Below are positions 11,570 to 24,402 of a DNA stretch of 64,000 bases, piece by piece (position 1 is the stretch's first letter; each line of letters begins with the position of its first letter). This DNA is from Malacoraja senta (taxonomy: Eukaryota). Below the pieces are notes generated by a model. That model did not search any database. It was not told the DNA's origin and saw only the letters and a list, made by a program, of their open reading frames with translations. Position numbers and translations under genes: made by a program. Where the stretch lies: the NCBI GenBank assembly GCA_038087875.1, contig JAXLNO010000263.1:1-64000 (forward strand), in the 5' to 3' direction.

Positions 11570-12797
11570 TTCTCCAGAGATGCTGCCTGTCCCGCTGAGT
11601 TACTCCAGCATTTTGTGTGCACTCAAATTCGCTTGGACCATCTCCGACATCTCCCTACCTTTTCTGGATCTCACCGTCTCCGTCACAGGAGACAGACTAT
11701 TGACCGACATCTACTACAAACCTACTGACTCCCACAGCTATCTAGACTACACTTCTTCCCACCCTGCTTCCTGTAAAGACTCTATCCCCTACTCCCAATT
11801 CCTCTGTCTACGCCGCATCTGCTCCCAGGTTTTCCATACTAGATCATTGGAGATGTCCTCATTCTTCAGGAAACGGGGGTTCCCCTCTTCCATTATAGAT
11901 GAGACTCTCACTAGGGTCCCGTCTATATCCCGCAGCTCCGCTCTTGTTCCCCATCCCCCCATTCGCAACAAGGACAGAGTCCCCCTCATCCTTACCTTCC
12001 ACCCCATCAGCCGTCGCATACAGCATATAATCCTCCAACACTTTCGCCACCTTCAACGGGATCCCACTACTGGCCACATCTTCCCATCTCCACCCCTTTT
12101 CTGTTTCCGCAGAGACCGTTCCCTCCGCAACTCCCTGGTCAACTCGTCCCTTCCCACCCAAACCACCCCCTCCTCAGGTACTTTCCCATACAACCGAAGG
12201 AGATGCAACACCTGTCCCTTTACCTCCCCCCTCGACTACATCCAAGGACCCCAACAGTCTTTTTAGATGAGGCAGAGGTTCACTTGCACCTAATCCAACC
12301 TCATCTACTGTATCTGCTGTTCCAGGTGTCAACTTCTCTACATCTGCGAGACCAAGCGCAGGCTCTGCGATCGTTTCGCTGAATACCTCCGCTCAGTCCG
12401 CCTTAACCTACCAGTTCTCCCGGTTGCTCAGCACTTTAAGTCCCACTCCCATTCCGAATCGGACCTTTCTGTCCTGGGCCTCCTCCATTATCAGAATGAG
12501 GACCAGTGCAAATTGGAGGAACAGCAACTCATAATTCGCTTGGGTAGTTTACACCCCAGCGGTATGAACATTGACGTCTCTAACTTCAAATAGCCCTTGC
12601 TTTCCCTCTCTCTCCATCCCCTCCCCCTTCCCAGTTCTCTCACCAGTCTTACTGTCTCTGACTACATTCTATCTCTGTCCCGCGCACTCCCCTGACATCA
12701 GTCTGAAGAAGGGTCTCGACCCGAAACGTCACCCATTCCTTCTCTCCAGGGATGCTGCCTGTCCCGCTGAGTTACTCCAGCATTTTGTGTCTACCTT
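11570..12797 (+). mobile_element. Penelope-like retroelement (RT C-terminus, GIY-YIG endonuclease remnants, 3' repeat)
   Basis: FLDLTV..DIYYKPTDSHSYLDYTSSHP; ETKRRL.DRFAE; direct repeat tctccagagatgctgcctgtcccgctgagttactccagcattttgtgt at both ends. Confidence 0.88.
12701..12732 (+). ncRNA. Putative minimal type I hammerhead ribozyme motif (Penelope-associated)
   Basis: gt-CTGAAGA-A-GGGT(CTCG)ACCC-GAAA-CG-TC-ac: catalytic core, stem II hairpin, palindromic ACGT stem III. Confidence 0.6.
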
Positions 12798-12993
12798 CCA
12801 ATTTACCTCTTTCACTTTGTGTATTATTCTGCTTGCCAGCTCCTCAGCACTTCCACCCTCCCCCTAATACCGTCCAAATCCGTGCCCCACTCTGCCACTC
12901 CATCCCCACCCCGACGATATTTTGTCCCACCAATGTATTTATTGACACTGACTTTTACTCGTGTTGTTGAGCTGCTATCTATTTATTTTAAAG

Positions 12994-13047
12994 GGTGCAA
13001 CAGGAAAGATTGGACCAATGGGCAAGGCAGGTCCTCCAGGTCTACAG
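12994..13047 (+). CDS. col9a2: col9a2-like exon 9 (GATGKIGPMGKAGPPGLQ)
   Basis: aag|...|gtgcgt; 54 bp. Confidence 0.9.
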
Positions 13048-13261
13048 GTGCGTCATTAAATATACTTTATCATATCATCTACACTTCATTCTGTGAGCAC
13101 AGAGGTTTATAACTCAACACAAGGAAAGCCACCAGTATCATGGCTCCAGTGGATAAAATAGGTCCAGTCAGGGCTGTGTGTTACTGACCAATAAACAATA
13201 ACCAAGGTTGAACCCTGGACTGAAATGTACTTTGAGAATTTGGTTTAGTTTAGGTTATCCA

Positions 13262-13461
13262 CTCCTGACACCTGAGGGGAAATTTATAGAGGCCAAATTA
13301 ACCTACAAAGCCACAGGGGATTTGGAATGTGGGAGGAAACCAGAGTACCTGGAGGAAACCCACACAGTTACAGTTAGAATATGCACAGTGAAGTCAGAAT
13401 CAAGCCTGGGCCTCTGGAGCTGTGAGGCAGCAACTCTACTGGCTGTGCCACTGTGCTGCCC
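13262..13461 (-). mobile_element. V-SINE/HE1-like SINE fragment
   Basis: Reverse complement of SINE head and core. Confidence 0.7.
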
Positions 13462-14191
13462 TTTATAATGCAGCAGTTCTCAAGAATGAGTTGCAGTTTC
13501 TAATTTAATCAAGATTATTGTTTGTAGTTTATATGTAAAATAATGGAGACCTGGGAGTGGGTTGCAGGGCAGGATCTAATCGTCGGAGTGGATTAAAGGC
13601 TGCAGTCTAATTAAAGTGACTATTGGTAGAATAACGGATACGGGGGAGTCAATTTCAGACAGGCTTCCAAGCAAATCTCTGGATTGAATCCCACCCCTCT
13701 GTGCTGGTGAGAATTGTCCTGTGTGAAGAGTTCAATGTGAGCCATAATTTGGTGGAGTTTAGAAGAATGAGGGTGACCTCACTGTACATGAGAAACTCTC
13801 ACAGGGGCATGACGAGGTGGACACAGTGATGCTGGTTGCCCTGGGAGGGCGTCCAGGACCAGTGGTCACAGGCTCAACATATGGGCGTCAATCATTAAGG
13901 GATGAGCTGCAAATCAGAAGGCAATGCTGCAGCAAGCAGGCACTGTGGCTGAGTGTAATCATGCAAGAGATTGATGCATTTGTGCATTTTGAGGGAGATC
14001 AAGGGATTTGGGGTTTGTACAGGACAATGACCCTTCTGTGCATGAGGTGTAATCATATTGAATGGTGGAGAAATAATGATAGGTGAACATGACCTGCTTC
14101 TAATTCTATTTCTTGTATTTATAAGTTTGTATAAATAGTTACAAGACTTGTGTGTAAATGAAAGTAACTGCTGTGTGGTCTGTTTGCACAG

Positions 14192-14239
14192 GGACCTCCT
14201 GGTAACCTCCATGGTGCAGAAGGGAGTGCCGATCTTCTG
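14192..14239 (+). CDS. col9a2: col9a2-like exon 10 (GPPGNLHGAEGSADLL; NC3 with GAG site)
   Basis: cag|...|gtgaga; 48 bp; EGSAD motif. Confidence 0.93.
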
Positions 14240-16469
14240 GTGAGAATGACTCCATCCAATGTTTAATTGGGGCATTATACTCTGCATATGTGTTTTAACC
14301 ACGGTGCCAATGCACGGTGGGCAAAGAGCTGCCTCTGCTCCCGCTGTTGCTGGGACTTGACGTTTTATCGGGACAACAATCCGACTCACTGCAACGTGCC
14401 TTGGAACAAGGAGATCTAAATCTGAACAATTGCAAATGTGCGCTTTCCAAAAAAAAATAATTGGTTTTAAGATTGCATGATAGGTGTTTGAAAACACAAG
14501 GATGAACCAGTGTAAATAGAAATGGACTCTACATTTACTGCCAAGTTAGTGATAAGGAATTATAACGACAATGTTAAAGGTTGGGAGCTTGGGATCACAG
14601 TTGATAGGATTGAGAATTGGGACTGTACCCTAGCTTATGGAAGAACCATTCAATAGTCTGATAATCGATGCCTACAATGTCCATGACAAACTTGATGCCA
14701 GGTTAAACTAATCTCTAAACTAAACTAAACCAATCTCCGTTGCCTGCACATGATCCATAACCCTCCATATCCAGGTGCTGATCTAAAAGCATCTTAACCG
14801 CCACTATCGTATCTGCCTCCGCCCCATCCCTGGCAGTTCGTTCCAGGCACTTGCCACCCTCTGTGAAAAAAATTCCCCGGCATATCTCCTCTAAACTTTG
14901 CCCCTTTCACCTTAAAGCTGTGCCCTCTAATCTTTGACATTTCCACCCTGGGAAAAAGATTTTGTGTCTCATTTCATACCCATAACCTCTAGTCCTTGAC
15001 CCGTCCAATCACATGAACATTCTCCTATTGTCCAATCTGCTCCGATTCATCCTCATTTCATGTACGTTTATCGAATCTCCCCTTGGCCCTCTCTTCTCCA
15101 AAGGGCATAGTCTCAGCCTCCCTAATTGTCGCTCCTCATCCCAGGAACCATCATCATAAATATTCCTCTGGACTCTCCCCTATGCCCTCACATCCTTCCT
15201 ACGATGGCACAGCCAGAGGTGAACCCACTACTACAGCTGAGGTTGGACCAGTGTTTCATAAAGGCTTAACATGCCATCCATGCTTTTGAAAAGGATCCCA
15301 ACCAAAAATGTTGCTTATCCATTCACTTCCCCAGATGCTGCCTGACCTGTTGAGTTTCTCCAGCACTTTGTGTTTTGCTCATGATTCCAACATCTGCAGT
15401 TCCTTATGTCTCAATTCCCTGCCTTTATACTCTACTGATAAAGCCCAGAATTGTTCTACCTTATTAACTACTTTCTCACCCTGCCCAGCCACACTTACTG
15501 ACGTATAAACCCATACCCAGCTCCCTCTGCACTGCACCCCTTTTAGAACAATATTCTTTATTCTAGTCTGAAGTCTGAAGAAGGATCCTGACTCGAAATG
15601 TGACCTATCTATTTTCTCCAGAGATGCTGCCTGACCCGCTGAGTTATTCCAGCATTTTGTGTCAATCCTTTATTCTATGTCATTTCCCTTCATTCCCCCC
15701 ATCAAAATACATCACCTTGTATTTCCCGGCATTAACCTTAATCTGCCCGTTCTACCCACTTGTATATATCCTGCTGCAGTTTCTCACTGCCCTCTTCACA
15801 ATACACAATGCGGCCACCATGTGTGTCATCCCAGAATTAGGAATGTATCCCCGAGTCCAGGTTATTGATCTAGATTTAAAAACGCTCTGGACTTAATGCA
15901 AGTCGCCAGTGAATACCACGATTTGTGTGAAGTTCAACCATTTTACAACCTCTGTTGGCCACTTGCACTTCCATTCTCTCATTCTGTTGCCAGGTGCTCT
16001 GATGTTGCTGATAAGCCTGTTAGTGGCACTTTGAAACAAATCTACCTGGAAGTCCATGTACATCACGCTGACTGTAAAACCCTCTATAATCCTTCAACAC
16101 CATTAAAACATGTGACCAATTTTTTTTTAATGCGATTTTCCCTTAATAAATATATGCTACTTTCCCTTAAGTAATCCATTTTCCTCGTGGCTTTGCCAGG
16201 ACTGAGATTAGACTAAGTGGCCTGTGGTCGTAATGCTGATCCTTTTTGAAGAAGGAAGTGACATTGGCCACTCTCCTGTGCGCCGCTACCTCTGCATGTA
16301 TCCAGAGACCAGTGAAAGATTATGGTCAGCGTCCTGGTGATTTCATCCCTTCAATGTTTGCAGATTAAAAAATGAGGAGGGTGGCAGGACACCATGGAAA
16401 GAGGAAAGACCAGTTGGATCTCTCTATCACTGAGTTGGCATGGGCACAATGAGACTCATTGTCTCCTTT

Positions 16470-17040
16470 AGAACACAGAACAATACAGGAACAGGCTCGT
16501 TGGCCCACAATGTCTGAGAGGAACATTACACTAATCTCCTCTGCCTGCATGTGACCCATATCCCTCCACTCCCTACATATCCGTGTGCCTATTTAATATC
16601 CTCTTAAATTCTATTACAATTTGGCCCACTCACCTTAAAGCTATGCCCTCTAGTCATAACATTTCCATCCTGGGGAAAAGATTCTGACTGCCTACCTTAT
16701 AAGTGCCTCTCATAATTTTATAGAATTCTGTCAGTTCTCCCCTGAATGTCCGATGCTCCAGAGAAAACAATCCAACGTTGTCCAACCTCTCCCTGTAGCC
16801 AATCTCCTCCAGGCACCATTCTGGTAGACGTCTTCTGCACCTTCTCCAAAGTCTCCACATCCTTCCTGTAATGTGGAGACCACAACTGCACACAGTACTA
16901 CAAATGTGGCCGCACCAAAGATGTACAAAGCTGCAACATGACTTCCTAATTCTTATACTCAAATCCCCGACTGATTAAAGCAAGCATGCCAGAGGTCTTC
17001 TCTCCCACTCCATCTACTTGTGTTACCACTTTCAGGGAGA
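16470..17040 (-). mobile_element. CR1-type LINE 3' fragment
   Basis: YRERLDNVGLFSLEHRTFRGELTEFYKIMRG. Confidence 0.8.
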
Positions 17041-17266
17041 CAGAGAAGGGTGAACAGGTCCATGTGAAAAGAAGAAAGACCAGATGAAATACTCTTTTAC
17101 TGTGCCCTCACTACCCGTATCTCCCACTCCCTCCCCCCGCCGACCTCCATCCACCTATATCCACCCATCGTGACACGCGTGGAGTGGTCATTGGGATGAT
17201 CACAAAATGAGTGATAGAGAAGCACCTCCTGGCAATGGCCCCTCACCCCCTAGGTTGAGGCTCTTA

Positions 17267-17753
17267 AGGTCCTGTCCCACTTTGCGATTTTTGCGGTGAC
17301 TGCGAACGTCAGCGACTGACACCCGTAGTCGCCCTAAAAACCGTCACGTTGTACGACACTCCGCATCACCGTCACGCCGAGCTACGACACCCCGCATCAC
17401 CCGCCTTCACAACACAAGAAGGTTACACCGAAGTATAATAATCACGTTGGAAATGAACTTATCTACAATAAATCTAAGCACCAATAACTTTTAAAGAAAT
17501 AGATTATTTATTTAACGTCAGCGTCACCGGGTGTCACCCGCAGGACAGCAGACGTCAGTCAGCGTGTGACAGGGCGCATGACATGATAAGACACCCAGAT
17601 GTTGCCTGAAGATTTTGAGCATTCTAAAATCCAGGGGCGGCAGGGAGACACCGCACGTCACTACATGTGTCACCCCGCGTCACGCCCCGACCACGCCACG
17701 ACAACCTATTTTCAGGCTGACTCCGAAAATGTCGCCCAAGTGGGACAGGCCCT
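17267..17753. mobile_element. PIF/Harbinger-type MITE
   Basis: TIR AGG(G/T)CCTGTCCCACTT; TTA TSD on both sides. Confidence 0.78.
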
Positions 17754-17877
17754 TTAATCCATAATTAGTCTCTGTGCCTTTGAAGCATTTCCTAGCCAAG
17801 GAGCAAAGAGCAGCGCAACTAAACCAGGGGAGCAAAGCTCAGGTCTTGAAACTGATCATCTGTCTGTACTCTTCCAG

Positions 17878-17934
17878 TGCCCCACCTCATGCCCCTCTGG
17901 ACTAAAAGGACCTCAAGGACTTCAAGGACTCAAG
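17878..17934 (+). CDS. col9a2: col9a2-like exon 11 (CPTSCPSGLKGPQGLQGLK)
   Basis: ccag|...|gtgagc; 57 bp; NC3 CPxxCP then COL2 start. Confidence 0.94.
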
Positions 17935-18121
17935 GTGAGCCCTCTTTTCCACACAGTATGTTTCATAGGGTGTAAGAGGTGTAATGTGTAGTACAAAGCT
18001 TAAATTTGACCAAAAAGAGCTCACTGTATTGCAGACGAGAGCAGGCCAGCCCCCTGCCTGGTGGCAGTAACTCCGGGTAAACATTGCAGTTAATTGAAAA
18101 ACTATTCATTTCCATTCACAG

Positions 18122-18175
18122 GGACACAGGGGAAAACTAGGACCGATGGGAAATTCTGGAATACAGGGACCCTCG
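18122..18175 (+). CDS. col9a2: col9a2-like exon 12 (GHRGKLGPMGNSGIQGPS)
   Basis: cag|...|gtgagt; 54 bp. Confidence 0.93.
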
Positions 18176-18394
18176 GTGAGTATGGAGCAGACAAAGACTC
18201 GCGATGTTGTCGATGTATCACACACAAACCACGGGACAAGCATGTTACATGCCCTCACCACAAATCTGAAGGCTTCTTCAGATGTTGAAGTTAATGGTGA
18301 AGAGGGGAGTCTGCCATAGCTCATTGAACATTTGTCTGTGACATTGGAAGATGTTATCACCACAGAGATTTGCAGGTGATGTTATAAATGATTG

Positions 18395-18610
18395 AGGGGA
18401 TTGAGGCAATTGGTTGAGGAAGGCAGAGGGATTGAGGGGACTTGCTGTTTGGATAAGAGATGGACAGGGGTGAGGGGACTGAGCTGATTGGCTGAGGAGG
18501 GGAATGAGAGGACTGAGCTGATTGGGTGAGGGAGTGACGAGGGTTAGGTGGAGGAGAGCTGATTGGGTGCAAGAGGGGATGAAGGGACTAAACTGATTGG
18601 ATGGGACAGG
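18395..18610. repeat. Degenerate purine-rich tandem repeat (gagggactgagctgattgg units)
   Basis: Repeated GAGCTGATTGG/GAGGGACT motifs. Confidence 0.6.
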
Positions 18611-19947
18611 GGCAAGGTATTGAGGTGGAACGGGTCGGTGCAGCTCAAGGCAGAAATTCCCAGCAGACTACTCCTTCGACTTTAGAAGAGTGGGAGGAAA
18701 CGTGGTAGAAACATTCAAGCTTCTGAGATGAGGTGGCACTGTAGATGTTGAGAGGAAGCTTCCTCTCATCGGAGCATCTAGAACGAGGAACACAGTTTCA
18801 GGATAAGGAGTGTGGATTGAGGATGGAGATGAGGAATTTCTTCCCTCAGAAAGGCCATCCATCTTTGGATATACCTAATGCAGAGAGCTGAGGCGGATAG
18901 GCCACAATCCATTAATAGCATGAAGAAAATTTAGGGGAATTTATGGCTTTGGGTGACAGGAAAAAACACGAAGCTTTGTTCAAATCTCAGGTCAACCATT
19001 TCTCCTGTTGACCTGTGATGCTGGCCAATTCCACAGGCAATTCCCAGTGCTCCGAACCATTCCATCATTTCCACCGCTTCCTCATCCAAACCATTCAGTC
19101 CCATCATCCGCCCCTCACCCAAACCATTCAGTCCCCACATCCACCCCTAACCCCATCAGCTCCGACCCCTCATCTCCCCCCCCCTCACCCAATCACCAAT
19201 CCTTTCAACCCATGCCTTCCAAAGCGCTAGAAGGGCTGAAGACCAATCGGACCTTTCATGTTTCATGACTGCATTATGATGGGTGGCTCAGCATTCATCA
19301 ACAAACAGCGCAGCTTGGATCGGTGCAGTCACTTTGTTTTAGTAAAATGTTCAAAGCTATTCCATCAGAGTCATTATCAAATCAAATCTGGCACTGGGTT
19401 GTGCATGGAGTTTTCATGACAGATGACCAAAAGATTGCTGGAGAAGGTGAGCACCTTGAAGAAGGTGAGAGAGGTGGAGACCTGGAGGAACGAGGAAAGA
19501 AAATCCAGTGTTGGGAGCTCAGGAAGGTGAAGGACAGCCCACCCACCACACTTGGGTCTGGTCAAGGGGAGACCAGTACCGGTGGAGCTCTGACGTTTCT
19601 GGGCATTATGGAATGGGAAGAGATTGCAGAAGTAAATTGCAGAAAAGCTAGGAGTGGGTTAAACAAGATGGACATGATTAAAATCGAAACATTGTCATAC
19701 CAAATGCCAAGTAGACCAGTGAGCATAGAATTGTACAGTGATGGGACCGTACAGCACAGGCACGGATCCTCTGAGCCCACCTTGTCCATGCTGACCATGA
19801 TGCCTAGCTACACCAATCCTATTTGCTGTCATTAAGCCTGTATCCATCAACACCTTTCCCATGTGAGTACCCTCAGTACAATGTTCCATGCCATGTTGCA
19901 ATAGTACCACTGCGAATGGCAGCTCGTTCCAGAGAACCATCATCATT

Positions 19948-20242
19948 AAGGATAAGGGGAAAGTTTAAGGATAAGGGGGAAGTCTTTTAGGACCGAGATG
20001 AGAAAATCATTTTTTACACAGAGAGTGGTGAATCTGTGGAATTCTCTGCCACAGAAGGTAGTTCATTGGCTATATTTAAGAGGGAGTTAGATGTGGCCCT
20101 TGTGGCTAAAGGGATCAGGGGGTATGGAGAGAAGACTGGTACAGGATACTGAGTTGGATGATCAGCCATGATCATATTGAATGGCGGTGCAGGCTCAAAG
20201 GGCCGAATGGCCTACTCCTGCACCTATTTTCTATGTTTCTAT
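19948..20242 (+). mobile_element. CR1 3' fragment with (TTTCTATG)n tail
   Basis: FRTEMRK..FFTQRVVNLWNSLPQK; 3' UTR almost identical to 4434-4655. Confidence 0.85.
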
Positions 20243-21769
20243 CACCAACCCCCATCTCTGCAATCACTCATGGTCGAGTATGATTGACCGCCTGGTGGGT
20301 CCTCCCTGTCCCTCCAGGTGGGTGCCTATGTGTGACATCCTTTACCGTGGGGAGCCGGGTGCACGGACAGCCACCACACGGTCCTTGACAGAGACAGACC
20401 CAGGTCCAATGGTTTGGACTCCACCATGGTTGGGAGACTCTCCCTGCTGCAGCCTTCTTCCGCCCTTCTCAGCCGTTGTGGTGCTCCACCCGCCATCCTC
20501 CACCTGTTCCACCATTGAGGTTGTCTTCTTGGGCAGCGCTTTGTCAGAAACCTCCCCTTGACCTGCCCACCCTGGGTGACCCTGTTGTCCAGTTATGGGT
20601 GAGGCTATTGCCCAGTCTTCTGGTTCCTCACACATGACTACCCAGCATTCTCACTCTTTTCTTGGTGTTGGAAGGAACTGCAGATGCTGGTTTAAACCGA
20701 AGATAGACACAAAAAGCTGGATTAACTCAGCGGGACAGGCAGACATACCCTTTTATTTCCCTGGGGTACATGTCATCAGGCCCTGGGATTTATCCACTGA
20801 ATGTTTGCCAATATTTACAACACTTCCTTCTTCCTGATCCAGGAATACTCCAGGATATCAGTGTACATCCTCCCTAAATTCTCCAGCCACCTGGAATGAA
20901 ATCTGTGCAATCCTTGGTGAATCCCAATGAGAAGTATTTATTTAGGACCCTCCTGTATCCCCCTGGCTCCATGCATGTCAATTTCTGAAGGGACCAATTT
21001 CTTGCTTGGCTACCCCTCTTGATTCTCCTTAAGCCTACTTACCAAGGTCATTTCATGACTCATTTTGCCCTCCTAACTTTTATATACTCACTGCACAGTC
21101 CCTACAAATCTCAAAGGATTTGTTTGATACCACTTTGCTGTCGAAGACACACATTTCCTTCTTCACCCTGATCAAACTTCAATAGCGAGTGACGAGGTGA
21201 TGGTTGACGAGGTGGAGTGAGCAGCAGAAGTTTGAATCTCACCTCGAGGTAGTAATAAGTGACAGTTTCAGCAACAGTGGGATAAAGAAAGGAGCCATTC
21301 TTGTGGAAATACGTGTTTGTTAGTGCTGAAAAAGAATGGCATTTTAAGTCCAATTTGGGGCCAGATAGAACCAGTGTTGCCTGTTTGGTTCAGGGCTACT
21401 GCTGCTAAGGAGAGGGACATAGTGAGTGCTGGAACACAGGGTTTGTGCAGCAGCTTTGCACGTCTTTTAATGATAGACAATTTCCATTCTAGCGTTCAGA
21501 ATCAATGACAAATTGGTTTCGTTTTGAATGATGCACATATGTAGGCACTGACTGTCAGCTGTAAATCGATGACTGAGCTGGAGTGATCTTGATCCTGAAG
21601 TGGAGATGATGAAGGTTGAGTAGATTCCTTGTTGATTAGCTTCACTGTGTCAGGAGGCTTGTTGGAAATGAGGTGCAGTATTGGACTGAAGATGATATTG
21701 AAGATTGGGGTGATCATGTAACCTTGCTTGACTCCATCTGCATTGGAACTGGATCTGTATTGGTGAGGA

Positions 21770-22100
21770 ACATGGCATACAAGTCATTTAGGACTAGTGT
21801 TCGGTTTTGGTCAGGAAGAAAGTATAGGAAGGATGTCATTAAGCAGAAAAGGGTGCAGAGAAGATTCTACAAGGATGTTGCCAAGTCTCAAGGGCCTGAG
21901 CTATAGGGAAGGATTAGGCATGCTTGCACTTCATTCCTTGGGGTGCAGGAGGCTTAGGAGTGATCTTATTGAGGTGTATAAAAGCATAAGCAGAATATAT
22001 ATGGCTAGTGCAGTATTTTACCCACAGTTGGGGAATCAATAACCAGGGCATGAGTTTAAGGTGAGAGGGGAAAGATTTAATCAGAATCTGAGGGGTAACC
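21770..22100 (+). mobile_element. CR1-type LINE fragment
   Basis: LKGLSYREGLGMLALHSLGCRRLRSDLIEVYK. Confidence 0.75.
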
Positions 22101-22957
22101 TTAGTCATTAGGTACCTGTACATCATCTTCCTTCCCTTGAAAGATGTGGTCTTCGCAGTTGTTGCAGCTGGCAGATACCAAGATGTCCTGATGGTTCTCA
22201 TTAACCCAGTCCTGGGGCCTACTTTCAGAAGGGAAGCCAAGAGTCTCTTCAAAGGCCTTGTCATTGCCCTCCACCTTCATTCTCACCTTTATTTCAATGC
22301 TAACCCCTTCACCCTTCTATTTCATCTCCTAAAACTCCCAACATAGAGCACAGTACAGCGCAGGAACAGGCCCTTCGGTCCACAATGTATATGCCAAACA
22401 TGATGCCAAGTTAAACTAATCTCTGTTTGCACATAATCCATATCCCTCCATTGCCTATATTTCCATGAGCCTATCTAAAAGCCTCTTGAATGCCTCTGCC
22501 ACCATCCCTTGCAACACATTCCAGGCACCCACCACCATGTAAAAAACTTGCCTCGCGCATCTCCTTTAAACTTACTTTAAAGTTGCGCCCTTTGGTCTTT
22601 GACGTTTCCATCCCAGGAGAAAGGTTCTGACAATCTACACGATGTATGCCTCATATATTTTTATATACTTCTATCAAACCTCCGCTCTAACTCTGGCAGC
22701 TGGCAACTAATGTTAATTATTCATTATATTAATCTGAGAATTAGATTTTGATAACCAATTGTAAAGGATCGAAGGGACGAGAGATAAGAATGGAGGTCGC
22801 TCACCGATGGGCCAAGCAGAGTAGGACTGGGCAAAAGAATTGGTTCACAGGGTTAAATAGCCTGCTGCTGATTGCTATCTGAATGAGTCTCTGAACATTT
22901 CCTGCGGAAACATTTATCGATGAAGAGGTTAATATTTTATTTTCTCTTTCTGTCTAG

Positions 22958-23011
22958 GGTATTGAAGGTGCAACTGGTATCTCCGGAGAACAAGGCATCC
23001 CTGGCCCACCA
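22958..23011 (+). CDS. col9a2: col9a2-like exon 13 (GIEGATGISGEQGIPGPP)
   Basis: tag|...|gtaaag; 54 bp. Confidence 0.93.
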
Positions 23012-23244
23012 GTAAAGTATTTTTGTTAAGTCCTACTGTGGTAACTCCCAACGTCTTGGCTGTTAAAAGATTAGTGGGGAAAAAGTTACAGGAACATTCA
23101 TTAAATGGTGATGACCAAGGGAGACGGACTTCACATTGGTCTATTAGATAATGTTAACCAAGGACAATAGGTGCTTTGCTGGCCCATTCATTCAGACTAC
23201 CAAGGGAAGAGTAGATTAAAGGCTGATGCACAATATGTGGATCA

Positions 23245-23519
23245 GTTTAGTTTAGTTTAGTTTTGAGATACAGCGCAAAAACAGGCCCTTCGGCCCACCA
23301 AGTCTGCACCAACCAGTGATCCCCGCACATTAACCACTATCCTACACTAGGGACAATTTTTACATTTACACCAAGCCAATTAACCTACAAACCTGTACGT
23401 CTTTGGAATGTGGTCACGGGGAGAACGTACAAACTCCGTACAGACAGCACCCGCAGCCAGGATCGAACCCTGGTCCCTGATGCTGTAAGGCAGCAACTCT
23501 ACCGCTGCGCCACCGTGCA
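23245..23519 (-). mobile_element. V-SINE/HE1-like SINE
   Basis: (TTTAG)n tail on +; head gcacggtggcgcagcggtagag on -. Confidence 0.85.
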
Positions 23520-23709
23520 GCCGTTGGGTGGAGTAACTCCTTCATATAATAGAAGTTGAGAGTGCAGTGAACCAGGCATGTGTATAATAATATATATAGT
23601 ATTCAAGGCCTGATCAAAGACCTGAAGGATCAGCATTCAAATACTTGAAGAGCTTTCACTCCCTCTCAGATAGTGGTGCATGCGCATTCGGTTTCCAGCA
23701 GAAGCATGG

Positions 23710-24016
23710 TGGGCAGCCCTGTGGCGCAGTGGGTAGAGCTGCTGCCTCACAGCACTAGAGGCCCAAGCCCAAACTCACCACAGGTGCTGTCTGTGTGGAG
23801 TTTGCACGTTCTCCAACCACTTGGATTTCCATCGAGCGTTCCGGTTTCCTCACACAGCCCAAAGACATGTGAGTTTACAGGTTCACTGGTCGCTGTAAAC
23901 TGCCCCTAGTGTGCAGGGAGTGGATAAGAAAGAGGGATAAGATAGAACCAATGTGAATGAGTGATAGATGGTTAGCATGGAACAAGGTGGGCTGAAGGGC
24001 CTGTTTCCATGCTATG
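23710..24016 (+). mobile_element. V-SINE/HE1-like SINE
   Basis: gtggcgcagtgggtagagctgctgcctcacagc head, core and tail. Confidence 0.82.
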
Positions 24017-24131
24017 TATCAATAAAAAAACAGTTACTGCTTTACTGGTTCATTATTGTAATGATGCTGGGTAGTATCTGGTCAGGATAGTTGAAAATAG
24101 GGCTGCATGTAAAGATAAACTAAAAGATCAA

Positions 24132-24402
24132 CGGGCCAGTCCCACTTGTCCCAAAAATGTTCAAAATGTTGAAAATCCAGCAGCGACCAGAAAATGGTAC
24201 AACTCTTTGGGCGACTACTCACGACCAAACAGGCGTCACTCCACGACAGGTCGCCTGTACGGTCGTGAGTAGTCGCCCAAAGAGTTGTACATTTTTCCGG
24301 TCACCACTGGATTTTCAACATTATGAAAATTTTCAGCGACCTGCTGCGATATTGACGGATGCCAGCAAGTCGCCGAAAAAATTGCGTAAGTGGGACAGGC
24401 CA
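24132..24402. mobile_element. PIF/Harbinger-type MITE (same family as 32864-33204, internally shortened)
   Basis: GGGCCAGTCCCACTT...AAGTGGGACAGGCC; internal inverted repeats. Confidence 0.7.
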
